From NCBI RefSeq assembly GCF_001194135.2, contig NC_068992.1, positions 26,291,071-26,355,070 on the forward strand: a DNA stretch of 64,000 nucleotides. Reading direction: 5' to 3'. The notes beneath the pieces are model-generated. The model searched no databases. It saw only the letters and a list, made by a program, of their open reading frames with translations, and was not told where the DNA came from. Position numbers and translations under genes: made by a program. This DNA comes from Octopus bimaculoides. Lineage: Eukaryota. This document shows, in pieces, positions 38,666-51,670 of the stretch (its first letter is position 1; the number at the start of each line of letters is the position of its first letter).

Positions 38666-39270
38666 GNNNNNNNNNNNNNNNNNNNNNNNNNNNNNNNNNN
38701 NNNNNNNNNNNNNNNNNNNNNNNNNNNNNNNNNNNNNNNNNNNNNNNNNNNNNNNNNNNNNNNNNNNNNNNNNNNNNNNNNNNNNNNNNNNNNNNNNNNN
38801 NNNNNNNNNNNNNNNNNNNNNNNNNNNNNNNNNNNNNNNNNNNNNNNNNNNNNNNNNNNNNNNNNNNNNNNNNNNNNNNNNNNNNNNNNNNNNNNNNNNN
38901 NNNNNNNNNNNNNNNNNNNNNNNNNNNNNNNNNNNNNNNNNNNNNNNNNNNNNNNNNNNNNNNNNNNNNNNNNNNNNNNNNNNNNNNNNNNNNNNNNNNN
39001 NNNNNNNNNNNNNNNNNNNNNNNNNNNNNNNNNNNNNNNNNNNNNNNNNNNNNNNNNNNNNNNNNNNNNNNNNNNNNCAGACAGACAGACAGGCAGAGAC
39101 AGAGACAGAGACAGAGAGAGAGAGAGTGAGACAGAGAGAGACATAGAGAGACAGAGAGACAGAGAAAGAGACAGAGAGACAGAGAGACAGAGAGACAGAG
39201 AGACAAAGAGACAGAGAGACAGAGACAGAGAGAGAGACAGAGAGAGAGAGACAGAGAGATAGAGAGAGAC

Positions 39271-39313
<43 letters not shown>

Positions 39314-39350
39314 CAGATATAAACAGAAACAGCGCAATAGAGATAGTGAA
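38504..39350. repeat. (TAG)n then (GA)/(GACA) compound repeats spanning an N gap
   Basis: Directly visible. Confidence 0.95.
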
Positions 39351-40211
39351 AGAGACAGAACATTTGCAGACAGGTTTATGGTGACAATGTGAGAGGAAGT
39401 GTGGTCAACAATAATGGTGATGGTTTTGGCAGTGTGTTGGCTGTTTCTTTTGGTAGACATGTTACTGTTGGTAGTTGTAGTAGCGGCATGTGTTTCTTGT
39501 GAAAGCCTTGCTTGCTGGTGACATTGACGTTTACGTGAGTAATCGTATTAATGGTGATCATGGCGAATGGGAATTAGTGTTGAGGATAGTAAATGTTGCT
39601 GGTGGTCATGTGACTGTGCTGAAGTTTTCTGGAAAGTCATCAGAGATTTAATTCTTTTTAAAATTGGATCTCAGAAAATATTCCAAAACTGATAAAAAAT
39701 GGGAACTGCAATATGTTGAATCAATACTCTATAAATGTATCTCTAGATTGATATGTAATCGATATATTTAACTAGATAATTTAGCGCAGCACAGTTGGAA
39801 GTTCCATACGTTCTGTTTGAAGCTCCACATATTGAACAATATTCTTTGAATACGTATGTGTATCGTGGTTTGAACTTGACAGCCAATAATAATTTGAAAT
39901 GCAATAATTTAAAGTATCTTCTTTCCACGGGGAAATGTGTGTGTGAACGCGTGGTTAAAGCTAGACAGAAAAAATCTATAACTTGGTTTAAGTTTTGCAA
40001 GAAAATTCTTTCATTTTACTCCGGTTGTCTTAAAAGTTTCCACATGCACGAAGAGTTATCTTGAATAGAAACTCTATACTTTTATATCCGCTACGTACCC
40101 TAAGTAAATAATGAGTAATATTGATAAAATTCTCCAAATTTATAAGGATACTTATATATATATATATATACGTATATGTATACATACACTTACATGCAAA
40201 TGTGCACACAC

Positions 40212-40249
<38 letters not shown>

Positions 40250-40596
40250 GGGGGGNNNNNNNNNNNNNNNNNNNNNNNNNNNNNNNNNNNNNNNNNNNNN
40301 NNNNNNNNNNNNNNNNNNNNNNNNNNNNNNNNNNNNNNNNNNNNNNNNNNNNNNNNNNNNNNNNNNNNNNNNNNNNNNNNNNNNNNNNNNNNNNNNNNNN
40401 NNNNNNNNNNNNNNNNNNNNNNNNNNNNNNNNNNNNNNNNNNNNNNNNNNNNNNNNNNNNNNNNNNNNNNNNNNNNNNNNNNNNNNNNNNNNNNNNNNNN
40501 NNNNNNNNNNNNNNNNNNNNNNNNNNNNNNNNNNNNNNNNNNNNNNNNNNNNNNNNNNNNNNNNNNNNNNNNNNNNNNNNNNNNNNNNNNNNNNNN

Positions 40597-40640
<44 letters not shown>

Positions 40641-40659
40641 GCGCGCGGATATTGCCGGG

Positions 40660-40824
40660 TATATAATACCACTTGCTAAAATCAGAGCCAGGGCTCGAAA
40701 ACCACCAGGAGCTCACAATAAATATACACACTAGCAATGCAATGAACATATGAGTAATAGGCTTACCATTGCGTTGAATTGATTTCACCCGCTGTATGAC
40801 CATTTCAGCAAGTGGCATTATATA
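40660..40824. mobile_element. Small MITE-like element with 23-bp TIRs
   Basis: tatataataccacttgctaaaat (40660-40682) versus reverse complement of 40802-40824, 21/23 identical. Confidence 0.6.
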
Positions 40825-40942
40825 TCCTACTGTATCTAAATTTACCATATATCGTGCCTGTCATGGTGTGAACTTTGTGGGCACCTTATTATTGCCTTAT
40901 TAAAAACATTAATAACGGTAATAATACATCTTCATTTAAAAT

Positions 40943-40975
<33 letters not shown>

Positions 40976-41026
40976 ATGTGTATATATGTGTGAGTGTGTA
41001 TATATATATATGTGTGTGTGTGTATG

Positions 41027-41060
<34 letters not shown>

Positions 41061-41181
41061 TGTATGAATGGGTCTATGCATATATATATGTGTGTGTGTG
41101 TAGACATGGATATTATTAGATATATTTTATAATACATGCATATATTAATGGAAGAATAAACGTATACGTTCATCTATCAAG

Positions 41182-41432
41182 CCGTGTGAGTAAGTGGTTA
41201 GACTATTTGGCTCAAGATAGTCAGATCGTGGATTCGATTCCCGGCAGTGCATTGTTTCCTTGAGCAAGACACTTTACTTCACGTTGTTCCAGTCCACTCG
41301 GCCGGCAAAATTGAGTAGTACTTTTATTTCAAAGGGCCAGCCACTTTCACGTTACTTTCAGGAGCGAGTTCTTCCATTGACAGAAATAACTGGAAAACTC
41401 ATCGTCGTAACCGACGGAGTGCCGACAACACC
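41182..41432 (+). mobile_element. tRNA-derived SINE, family D
   Basis: A box gagtaagtggttag, B box ggattcgattccc, central tccttgagcaagacactttac, tail cgtcgtaaccgacggagtgcc. Confidence 0.82.
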
Positions 41433-41439
41433 AAGACAT

Positions 41440-42385
41440 AGAATATAAAATGATTCAAATTGAAATTGTTGGTGAGATCCAGGCCATGATTGACAACGAT
41501 CCCTCCAAGTCAATCAGGTCCCTCTCCAGGGACATGCGAGTGTCTGAGTGTCTTATCAAGCAGGCATTGCATGAAATTATTCGGTATTCTTCACACAATA
41601 CAGAAAGGGTAGATTTTTATGCCAAGTCATCAAGAACAAGAGGAAAGACCGCGCTACGAAGGTTTTGAACAAGCTCAGGCATTCTCTCAAACCGAACATT
41701 CTTTGGTCTTTCTCAGACGAGAATAATTTCTACCAGGGTCAGATGGGGAACACACAGAACAACCATTGGTTTTCCGTGTCCCCAAAACGTGTACCGAGAG
41801 TGATAGAAATCAAACATTCAGTCATCGTCATGGAGTTTGGAGTGATCACTAACGATGGTGACATTATGCCTCCATTGATCTTCCTACACGGAGGCATACA
41901 TCAAGTGCTTGCATGAGGTAATGCTCTCCTGGGACAAGAGGGTGGCTGCTGGAAGACCGTATATCTAGCAACAGGATTCTGCACCATGGCACAGAAGCAG
42001 GAGAAACCAGTCATGGCTGTCACAATTTCTGGCCACCTAACTCCCAGACTGCAACCCTCTTGGTTATTATGTGTGTGGCGCGGTTGACGGAGCGACCAAC
42101 AAAACTCCTTTTAACACCAAAGATGAACTGAAGGCAAGGATTATGGCAGCATTCATCATTTTAAACGAGGAGACCGTCCAGCATTCACCAGTTTCAACAA
42201 GGAGACTATCCAGAAGTTATCTGGAGGCCATGGTTGAAGCCAATTGCGATTTTATCGGGTAAATTTACTTTTTATTTCAAGATATTTTTATGTAATGTTT
42301 TGTAAATAGATATGCTAAAATGAGATGTGAGTGTTAATTACATTTTTGCGTGATTTTGACGACAAATGTATTTACCGCAGACTGG
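41440..42385 (+). mobile_element. maT/DD37D-like transposase relic, 5' truncated
   Basis: SKSIRSLSRDM, WSFSDENNFYQ, FGVITNDGDIMPP, QQDSAPWH, WPPNS/DCNPL, TKDELKARIMAAF. Confidence 0.9.
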
Positions 42386-42500
42386 TTTCTCCTGCTTCAG
42401 TGGCATGATGCAGCGTCTAGAGCGTCGTATATTATCGACTGTTGTTTCCAGTAAATATAGTGCATTGCTGTGACACTATCTTATATATATNNNNNNNNNN

Positions 42501-42533
<33 letters not shown>

Positions 42534-44008
42534 TGTGGGTGTAGAGAGATACATACATACGTATCGTAGGAGCACTCAGTTATAACTGACGTGGTGGCTA
42601 ACTGCATTCACCTGCAAAGAGCACCAAGGCGTATTTAAGAAATTACAATGTTTTTCATCGATGAGTAAGTCCTGGGTTCGCTTCGCTTTATTATGAATAC
42701 TTTTGTTATGACTAATCGAAAGTCACTCGATATAAATGCTATGACGAGATAGTTATGCAGCAGAAAGGTGCGTGGAATATATTTAAGCCAATGATGCTAT
42801 ATATTTGACTATATGCCGATGTACTAATCTCTGTAATCATCGTTAATTGTCTTATATATATATAAGGTAGAAAATATTTCAGTGGGGAAACACACGTGGT
42901 GGATATAAATAGAGAAAGAGATAAGATTAAAAAACACGGAAGATTTGTTTTACAAGATTCAAGAGTATATTAGAACCGTGAAAATAAAGATGATATACAA
43001 TTTTGCACAAGATAAGGTTTTGTTCTATCAACATACTTAAAATAAGTCCGGATTCGCAGAGAACATAAAAAACTAAAACATAAAATTTACAGATTTACCT
43101 CCCCTTTATTGCAAAATAAATGAGTGAACAATTATCTCCCCTAGCAATAATTTTGCCCCTATCAATTTCTCTCTTAAACTCGCAGCTTGATGAGCAACAC
43201 GAAACCGGTTATTCAATTATATTGAAAGAGCAAAACCTTGTTTTGTTCAAAATTGTATAAAATCTTTCTTATCATGGCTCTAATATACTCTAAAATCTTG
43301 TAAAACAAATCTGTTTTTTTAGTGAAATATAAAATTATTATTTATACATAAAAATAGGGGTGGGGTGCTGAGGGTACTACGTAGCTATGAGGGGGCGGTG
43401 GCCCACCAAATTTTAGAACTTCTGGTATAGAGTAACTGACAAGTAATGGAATTTTGCAAGATCACAATTCAATGGAGAATATTTCATAATGATATAGTAC
43501 ACGTTTGCGAAATTAGATGAAAGTTAACAGTTGTATAATTACGGGGATCGAAAAATAACAACGGCTATAAATGAATATATTAAACGAATATATATATTAA
43601 TAATAAAAGGGTAAAATTAATTAAATTAATTAATTGATCATTCAATTAATTGAATAGTGTATTCACATTCGGGTGTGTAAATTTTGGAAGTGTTGGTTGG
43701 ATATCTGTTGCACGATGTCGCTCGATCGTGTCCATATTTAACCCTAGGCACTTTCATATTTTATAATTGGAAATGCTACACTGAAGAGAGAAGTAAGTAA
43801 ATTAAACACTTTAATCTCGAAAGGCGTCTGTGGCTAATCGGAGTCGTGTAGATTCATTTTTTTTTCTCTTTGCCTACGCAAAAAAAGTGTTACTGACGTG
43901 GAGATTCTTATAGAAGTCGAAAAGGAATTTTTAACTCCTATTTCAAAATTCGGTATGTGGTGAAGCAATTAGCTGAAATTATAATTATGTTTATAATTAT
44001 AGAATATT

Positions 44009-44045
<37 letters not shown>

Positions 44046-44047
<2 letters not shown>

Positions 44048-44210
44048 TGCAAACAACTCGCACATGCAAGTGCTACCAGTCGAGAACTCCGCTTCCCAGA
44101 AACTAGCAAGTGTATGGGGTCATCAGGAGAGAACGCGCGCCGTTTCGGGGCCTACCTCTCGACGGCATCAATGCGCACCGGCCCCCCCTCACTGATATGC
44201 TAGATCAACT
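44046..44210 (-). mobile_element. Solo 3'-end copy of the HERO-like element
   Basis: Reverse complement of 59038-59210 (cacatgcaagtgctaccagtcga...ggggcctacc...gctagatcaact); abuts (TA)n. Confidence 0.88.
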
Positions 44211-44227
44211 ATACATTAACGTTAATT

Positions 44228-44655
44228 TTTTTATTGCTTCAGTCATATGACACCTTGAAGGATTTTTAGTCGAACAGATCGACCCCCAGGACTCTTTTAA
44301 AATCTGATAAGTATTGTATCGATATCTTTTGCCGACCCACTCATTCACAGGAATGTAAACAGACTAACATCAGTTATAAAGCGATGGTGGGGGACAATAA
44401 CAAATATAAACACACACACATACATATATATACATATATATGTGTGTGTTTGCGTGTGTCAGTTTGTGTGTGTGTGTGTATAACGTGAATAAACAGCAAA
44501 TTTGCTTTATATACATATATATATATATATATATATGTATACGACAGACTTCTTTCAGTTTCCCTCTACCTAATCGACTTACTAGACGGCTCATTGCGGT
44601 TGTAGAAGACACTTGCCAAAAGTTCCACGCAGTGGGGCTGAACCCGGCTTCTTAC
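44228..44655 (-). mobile_element. SINE family B, degenerate
   Basis: gcttcagtcatatga...gatcgacccccaggact...acgacagacttctttcagttt...acttgccaaaagttccacgcagtggggctgaaccc. Confidence 0.85.
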
Positions 44656-45021
44656 CACACACGCGAGTACATGTTATTGCCTGTCCTGATACCTCTTTGT
44701 ATGTGTCTGTATGTACCGCTGTTACATGTTTTCGAGAATTTAGAAACTGCATATAGAAAGTATTTACAATTTATTCATTTGATTAATAAACAACATGGCT
44801 GTATACATTCTTTGCACGAGCAATCTTTCTTCCGTTTACGAACGTTTATACACACGCCACCGCACATTTACTTTTCGGAATTTAGCTTGTGTTTCCTGTT
44901 ATAATATTCGATAGAGTTACCAAAGGATTTGGAACTTCAAGCACTTTTTTTTTCTATTCATTTCTGTTATATTTTTTCTTACTTTGTTTGTTTCTTTATT
45001 CATGCAGATGTGATATCACTG

Positions 45022-45058
<37 letters not shown>

Positions 45059-45898
45059 GATGCATATATANNNNNNNNNNNNNNNNNNNNNNNNNNNNNN
45101 NNNNNNNNNNNNNNNNNNNNNNNTATATATATATATATATATATATATGAATCTCTCTAAAGCAATGAGTGGCATAACTTTATTCAAGACCTCACTTATG
45201 AGTTGAAAGTTAGAAGCGAAAATCCGTATAAATGAAAACGAAACTGACAATATGACATTTCATTGCATTTGCTTTCACTTTGAAAGGTCCCTTAGTAACA
45301 AAGAAATGGATAAAATATATTTTTTTTTTCCTTTTTTTGAACTGTAAACAAACGACACTTATGGACTTTTCAACAAATGGGAATATAATATGCAAGAAAT
45401 ACATATATAAAACAGGAAATTATTAACCTACTCTGTTTCTGAATATAAGTATTTCCTATACCATAAAACTGTGTTTTCATATATATTATTAATTCAGTAT
45501 GGATTTTTCTATCAATAAATGTGAATGTACAGGAATTTATTATTTTATATCCGTATGAATCTTTTTCTTCTATCCACACTCAATGTTTGTTTCGTATTCC
45601 CAATAGTGGCACTAAACAACTAAATCACCTTCACATCTTAATAAAACCTTTAACATGAATTTTATTAAAAAAAAACTTCTATTGAGTTTTTTAAAAAAAA
45701 ACAAAAGAAAACAAGACGCAGTTTAATCCTTCAAACTGGCGCTTCCCACAGGTAATGTTAGATAGCAAACAGATTGAAAGCGAAACATTTACCGATATAC
45801 AATGAACCATCATGTGTGCCATTCAGAACGTAGCACATTATTACAAATAAAAACTGACATAAAATATTGTTCATGTTCATGTTGTCCTCCTCTTCCAC

Positions 45899-45900
<2 letters not shown>

Positions 45901-45966
<66 letters not shown>

Positions 45967-45981
45967 TATCATCATCATCAT
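45901..45981. repeat. (CAT)n microsatellite
   Basis: Directly visible. Confidence 0.97.
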
Positions 45982-46522
45982 CTTTTTCTTCTTTTCCTTT
46001 CTTTTATTTGATATCCTTCCCATCCTAATGTTGCTGTTTTACTTCTTTTCTTTAAGTTTCTCCTCATTCTTTTTGTTCTGCTAATTTTTAATATTATTCC
46101 TCGAGTCGCTATGTATGGTGATGATAATTGTGAGCATGAGGAAGACAACGTTGTTGATAAAGATAATAATATTGAAAGAGATTGCAGAACTGATAGAGGT
46201 TGTAGTGAACGTAGCTGAACTGATTCAAATGAAAGCAGTGGTGGAAACTACCAAAGTAACTTTGGAGACCACCGAGTTAACGGTGGAAGTGATTTCGATA
46301 GCAGAAGCGAAGGTTCAATTGTGGATGGTAATGGTGGAGTTAACTGACGTTCTTTTGGTGATACGGGTTAGGGTAATGGTAATGATGATGTTTGAAGCAA
46401 TAATTACGATTACGAAAGTGAAGGTTGTTGTGGTTATTGTAACCGTGGTGAAGATTTTACTGGTACAGACTCGGTTTTTATTTGTGGCAATATTATTGAT
46501 AGTAAGTGGAAGATATTTGAGG

Positions 46523-46741
46523 TACGAGGAGTATTGAAAGTTTCGTAGCTCCGAGTAAACGAAAATACAGCAAGATCAGTTAATTATGATTCTATTCAAC
46601 ATGCTCTCCTCGCAGATTCACACACTTATTCTGGCGATCTTTCAGCTTTTCTCAGCCATGTAAAAGACTCGGAGGTTTGGACACCCAGCCAGGCCTCTCG
46701 CGATATTCTTAAAGCTAGGTAATTTTCAGCATCTCCTCGTA
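46523..46741 (-). mobile_element. mariner-derived MITE, second copy
   Basis: Reverse complement aligns end to end with 35288-35510 (aggcctggctgg, tgtgtgaatct, atgttgaata.aatcataattaactgatct). Confidence 0.88.
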
Positions 46742-48164
46742 GTATTGACCATGGTTAAAGTGGTGCCTGCGGTGTAGTTGTGGCAATGGTTAATAATCAT
46801 CTTGGTTGGTTTTTATGATGGAAGAATGTTCGTTGTGGCGAGCGTACTAATGGTTGCGGGTACGGAGAGCATTGTAGTAGTGGGGCTGATTGATGGCGTT
46901 TATGGTTGTTTGGAATCCTGCGGGGATTGAGCTCGGTATTTGTGGTGATGGTGGAAGGTTAGCAAGGAAGTAAGACAGAGGCCGTGGTGATGGATAGAGC
47001 GGTGTTGTATTCGTAGTATTTTCTTTTTTATATCTATGTTAGGTGATCCGTCATGTGAAAGGAAGTTGAGACATAAAATATTCGTTTTTAATATTGATTT
47101 TCCGATGCCTGAATCCACTCATTCAGACACATACGGTGGAGAAGATGATACAATCATAAATTTGTAATATTCAAAAGGAAAGATGAATGTTTCTACTCGA
47201 GAGGATTCAAGGGACTATAAGATTGGAAAACACAAATAATTGTATCGAGACCTACATATTGAAATGTAAATATACGTAAATATATATATATATATGTATG
47301 TATGTATATGAAGATGGGTACATTGGACAATTGATTGAAAGACAGATATACCGATAGTTATATACATACTTATATATAAACACATACACATNNNNNNNNN
47401 NNNNNNNNNNNNNNNNNNNNNNNNNNNNNNNNNNNNNNNNNNNNNNNNNNNNNNNNNNNNNNNNNNNNNNNNNNNNNNNNNNNNNNNNNNNNNNNNNNNN
47501 NNNNNNNNNNNNNNNNNNNNNATATAATGTGTAGGTGAACGAACGAAGGAATTTTACACTAAACTAATTTTGTTGCAACTGTATTTTATACCATGTTGTT
47601 TGAACACAGTATTGTCAAAAGTACTACATTTGATTTTGAATATTGTGCCCACACCTTCAGATGTATAGAGGCGTGGTATCAGAGTGCAGAAAATTAAAAA
47701 GGTAATGACCAGCAGGTTGTAATATTTAGGGTGTTGTTGGTTTATTAAGGCCATGCGAATAACTTGGCTTCGCAGCAAAAGTAGATGGTGCCATGACGCT
47801 GTTTCTTTGGTAAAGCATAAATGATGTTAGAATCAGGTAATCGACTATCTTTAAGAGTGTAGAGTAACATTAAGACCGTTAAAACGTGTTGCCGTTGTAG
47901 TTTACTTGCCGCATATCAATTTTACAAATCAAATTTCATGTTAAATATGGCTGTTGTACAAACATGGCATGTTGTACAAAACAGATCTGTCCTGGTGAGA
48001 AACCAATAGTCACAGAAACGCATACACATGGACACACTCAAGGAAACAGAGGTACACACACACACACACTAGAAACACACACGCACTAGAAACACACACA
48101 CACATGAACACACAAAATAATGAATATGAAGAATATATACATACAAACGTACACACACGCATAC

Positions 48165-48206
<42 letters not shown>

Positions 48207-48829
48207 GGATATATACACACACATACATACATACATACATTCATACATACACACATATATACGTACATACATATGTGTATACACATGCACACTGACGCGC
48301 ACACATGCGCACAAAGGAACAAAAAAGGAAGGCAGCCCTGATAACCGAGACAGTCAACCACTATTGAAAAGTTTGCAATACGCAACGAAAGTTTTAGAAA
48401 AAATAAATAAGTAAATGAATGGAAATCGAATCGGTGAGTGTGTTAATTAATAAGGCATTAAACAGAAGTAACCAATGTAAGACTTAATTTATTAAACAAA
48501 GTTCAATAAATTTCATCAAATAAATGGAATGTAACAGATTGGATGTTAAAATGGATTATCCTTTTATCTTATATTCCCGGACAATTGTTTCGTAGAAAAG
48601 ACTAAAATTTTCATAAAGAGAACAGCATAAAGGTCGAATTTGTACTTTTCAGTAGGTGAGATTTAAAGGAAAATAAGAATAAACAAAAAAGACGTTTAAC
48701 ATATAAATAGAAATTTTTCTTAGTTATTTTGACATCACTATAGGTTCGTCAGATTCGGCTCAGGTGACAGACCTTGTGGGTCTATATATCCTTTCTCAGA
48801 TTAAGAATAGTTTTCCAAAGGTATCTGGT

Positions 48830-49680
48830 GGGGTCTATAGGAACGACGCTCTCAAGGCTTATCTAAACCAAAGGTTGAACGTACAAAGAAATTATTAATA
48901 ACATTTGTTTTGAATTTTTTTAATCTCAATATTATATTTGACGCTAACAAAAATTCTGAATTTTTTTGAATGTCACACTAAATTTAAACACTAAGTTACG
49001 TTACCCTTGCCGGAAACCAAATCAAGCATTAAAATATATAACTGTTTCCTCTAATCATTCAAAATTAACCCTCGATAATATTTTTACGGCTATCTCTATT
49101 AGGATCTCCATCCTATCAGCAAACGAGGAGATTTTTAATGCACGTGCCCCATTTTATAATGAAGCCCTAAACTCAAGTGTCTTTCATTATCATATTTCCT
49201 GCATTTCTGATACCAAACTCAAAATCAAATTAGCTAATCTCTCATCTGACATTAATATTGAAATCACTAATGCGATTTCTTTCTTAAATTATAAAAATAT
49301 GAGAACAGCTTTTAACCATACCAAACTTCAGAACCTTCCTTTTAGTAACCGTAATAAATACAGTCCTTCTATATCTAAACACTCTAATGTGGTAACACGC
49401 TCTAAATCTGGGAAAAGAGAAATTGTTTGATCCCACGCCACTCATTTTCTCTTGGAGTAAAAAAATCATCAGAACTGTTCTTTAAGGTCCTGAAATTAAA
49501 TTTTCCGAAGCGCCACAAATATTACCCCGTATTTAACATCCCTCTTATAAAGTTATCATATTCAATCACACCGAATTTGGAATTTATGATTGTATCCATA
49601 AATAGAATTAAACTTCTAATCACTAAAAACTTAGATCACTATAAGGTACTCCATCTTGTTCGGTACACTGTGGATTGACC
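48830..49680 (+). mobile_element. Penelope-like retroelement RT/linker fragment
   Basis: GLYRND (YRDD), FLNVTLNL...PCRKPN...YITVSSNH...ISIRISILSANEEIFN...YNEAL, then LNFPKRHKY..VFN...IKLSYS. Confidence 0.88.
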
Positions 49681-50075
49681 AGATATTTCCCACTGTTATG
49701 CGGCCATTAAACGCGCGTAGTCTTTCTCCCACTTTCGTTTCTTAAACGTACCAGATTTTAATTCTTAGTCCAATATTTCATAGATTTTATGTATTATAAA
49801 TTCTCCTTTGTATTTTTTAGATTTTGAAACTAGTTTTGTATAGCACACTTTTCATGATGATGTCTGATCTCTTTCTTCGTACAAGTGGCACCGTGGTGGT
49901 TCTTCTCTAAATTATTTANNNNNNNNNNNNNNNNNNNNNNNNNNNNNNNNNNNNNNNNNNNNNNNNNNNNNNNNNNNNNNNNNNNNNNNNNNNNNNNNNN
50001 NNNNNNNNNNNNNNNNNNNNNNNNNNNNNNNNNNNNNNNNNNNNNNNNNNNNNNNNNNNNNNNNNNNNNNNNNNN

Positions 50076-50108
<33 letters not shown>

Positions 50109-50368
50109 TACATACATATATATAATCCGTTTTATTTAGTGATATTTACTCAAAGAATTGAAATAAGTTAGCAGCTTCCTCTGAATTACAGTTCTCATTT
50201 CTTATTTATTAGTCAATAACATCTCGTTTCTAGTAATCTCACCAAATGACAAGAAGCCGCTGTACCGTGACTGACGACTGAGTGAAAGATATGTAAAATT
50301 CATATTTGCCTTGTGAATCCGTTGTTAATTTACGAATATGTCTTTGTTTGTAGAATAAAATCTGTATC

Positions 50369-50700
50369 TTAAGCTTCGAATATATGTAAGCTTTGTGTAT
50401 TGCTGTGATCCACCTTGTTTAATAGTTTATACATGTCATAATAGTGTATATGTATCATATATAGATTCGAATATAAATAAGAGATTTGCATCATGTTCAT
50501 GTTGACTCTTCTATGAATTTGGAAGTAGTTATGAAAGTATGACACGAAAATATTAGATATCCGGGTCATAATTCTCCAAATGTGGCACATATTTTTATAA
50601 GCTACAAGCTTCTCTGCGTAAGTTTTCCAATGGTATTAGAGTTTCTTGGGAATCTTGCAACTCTATTAATGAATAACATATAATACCTTCCAATCTCTCA
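50369..50700 (-). pseudogene. TIR-like remnant
   Basis: *EIGRYYMLF (juxtamembrane-like), then NIFVSYFH and, about 30 residues later, IHIHYYDM, resembling YDxFVSYSH and LCIHxRDF. Confidence 0.22.
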
Positions 50701-51182
50701 CAAGAAGCAAGTAGACACGTTTCTAGAAGATTCGAGATCAATTGAAATAATTATGAATTTACAGGTGTATTCATTATAATGTCTATTCCTAATTATTTAT
50801 ATATATATATATATATCTTCTTTTGTAGAACGAATTCTATTTGTAACATTCTGGACATACATACACATAAATACAGACACAGAAATATATCTAAATAGAT
50901 ATGTGCGTGTGTATGAGTGCATAAATATATGCCAATATATATAGATTTGCGTATGTGTGTGCGAGTTTAAGCGTACATGTATTGAGAACCTTCCATTTAA
51001 AACATATAGGGACATACCCAAATAAATGGGCATCTCGTTGCATATATACATACCAATACATGGAGTATAAAAATATACACACAAATGCATCCACACATAT
51101 TCAGATATATACACATAGACATATATACATTTATGTCAACTTATACATTATATATACATACATACATACACACACACACATC

Positions 51183-51230
<48 letters not shown>

Positions 51231-51292
51231 GATATATAAATGTGTGTGTGTGTACGTGTGTATATATATATACACATATATGTATGTGTGTG

Positions 51293-51670
51293 TGTGTGGT
51301 AAGAAGTTTGCTTACCAACCACTGCGCGGCACCTTGGGTAATTGTCTTCTGATTTAGCTTCAGACAGACCGAAGACTTGTGTATTGATTTCGTAGACGAA
51401 AACTGAAAGAAGCCCGTAGTATATGTATGTATATATGTGTGTGTGTGTGTGTTTGTGTTCGTGTGTCTGTTTTTGTCCCCACCATCGCTTGACAACTGAT
51501 ATTGATGTAGTGGTTGTATACATGAGGCAGAAAACCTAAGTGCAGGCATGATAGATTAAGTGCTAGGCTTAAAAAGAAGTCCTACTGTCGATATGTTCTA
51601 TTAAAGGCGGTGCTCTGGCATGGCCGCAGTCAAATGACTGAAACAAGTAAAAGAATAAAAGAATATAAGA
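51293..51670 (+). mobile_element. SINE family B
   Basis: tgtggtaagaagtttgcttaccaacc...aactgaaagaagcccgt...catggccgcagtcaaatgactgaaacaagtaaaagaat. Confidence 0.9.

Noticed and set aside
43190-43225. TTGATGA-gcaacac-GAAACCGGTT hammerhead-like string
   Set aside because: C3 altered, stem II only 1 bp, and no stem I pairing
43357-43402. G-tract cluster (possible G-quadruplex or MITE end)
   Set aside because: One loop is 16 nt, and there is no partner terminus or functional context
46090-47010. 140-aa V/I/T/E-rich ORF (46115-46537) and neighbouring frames
   Set aside because: Decayed GTN/ATN trinucleotide low-complexity sequence, interrupted by a MITE
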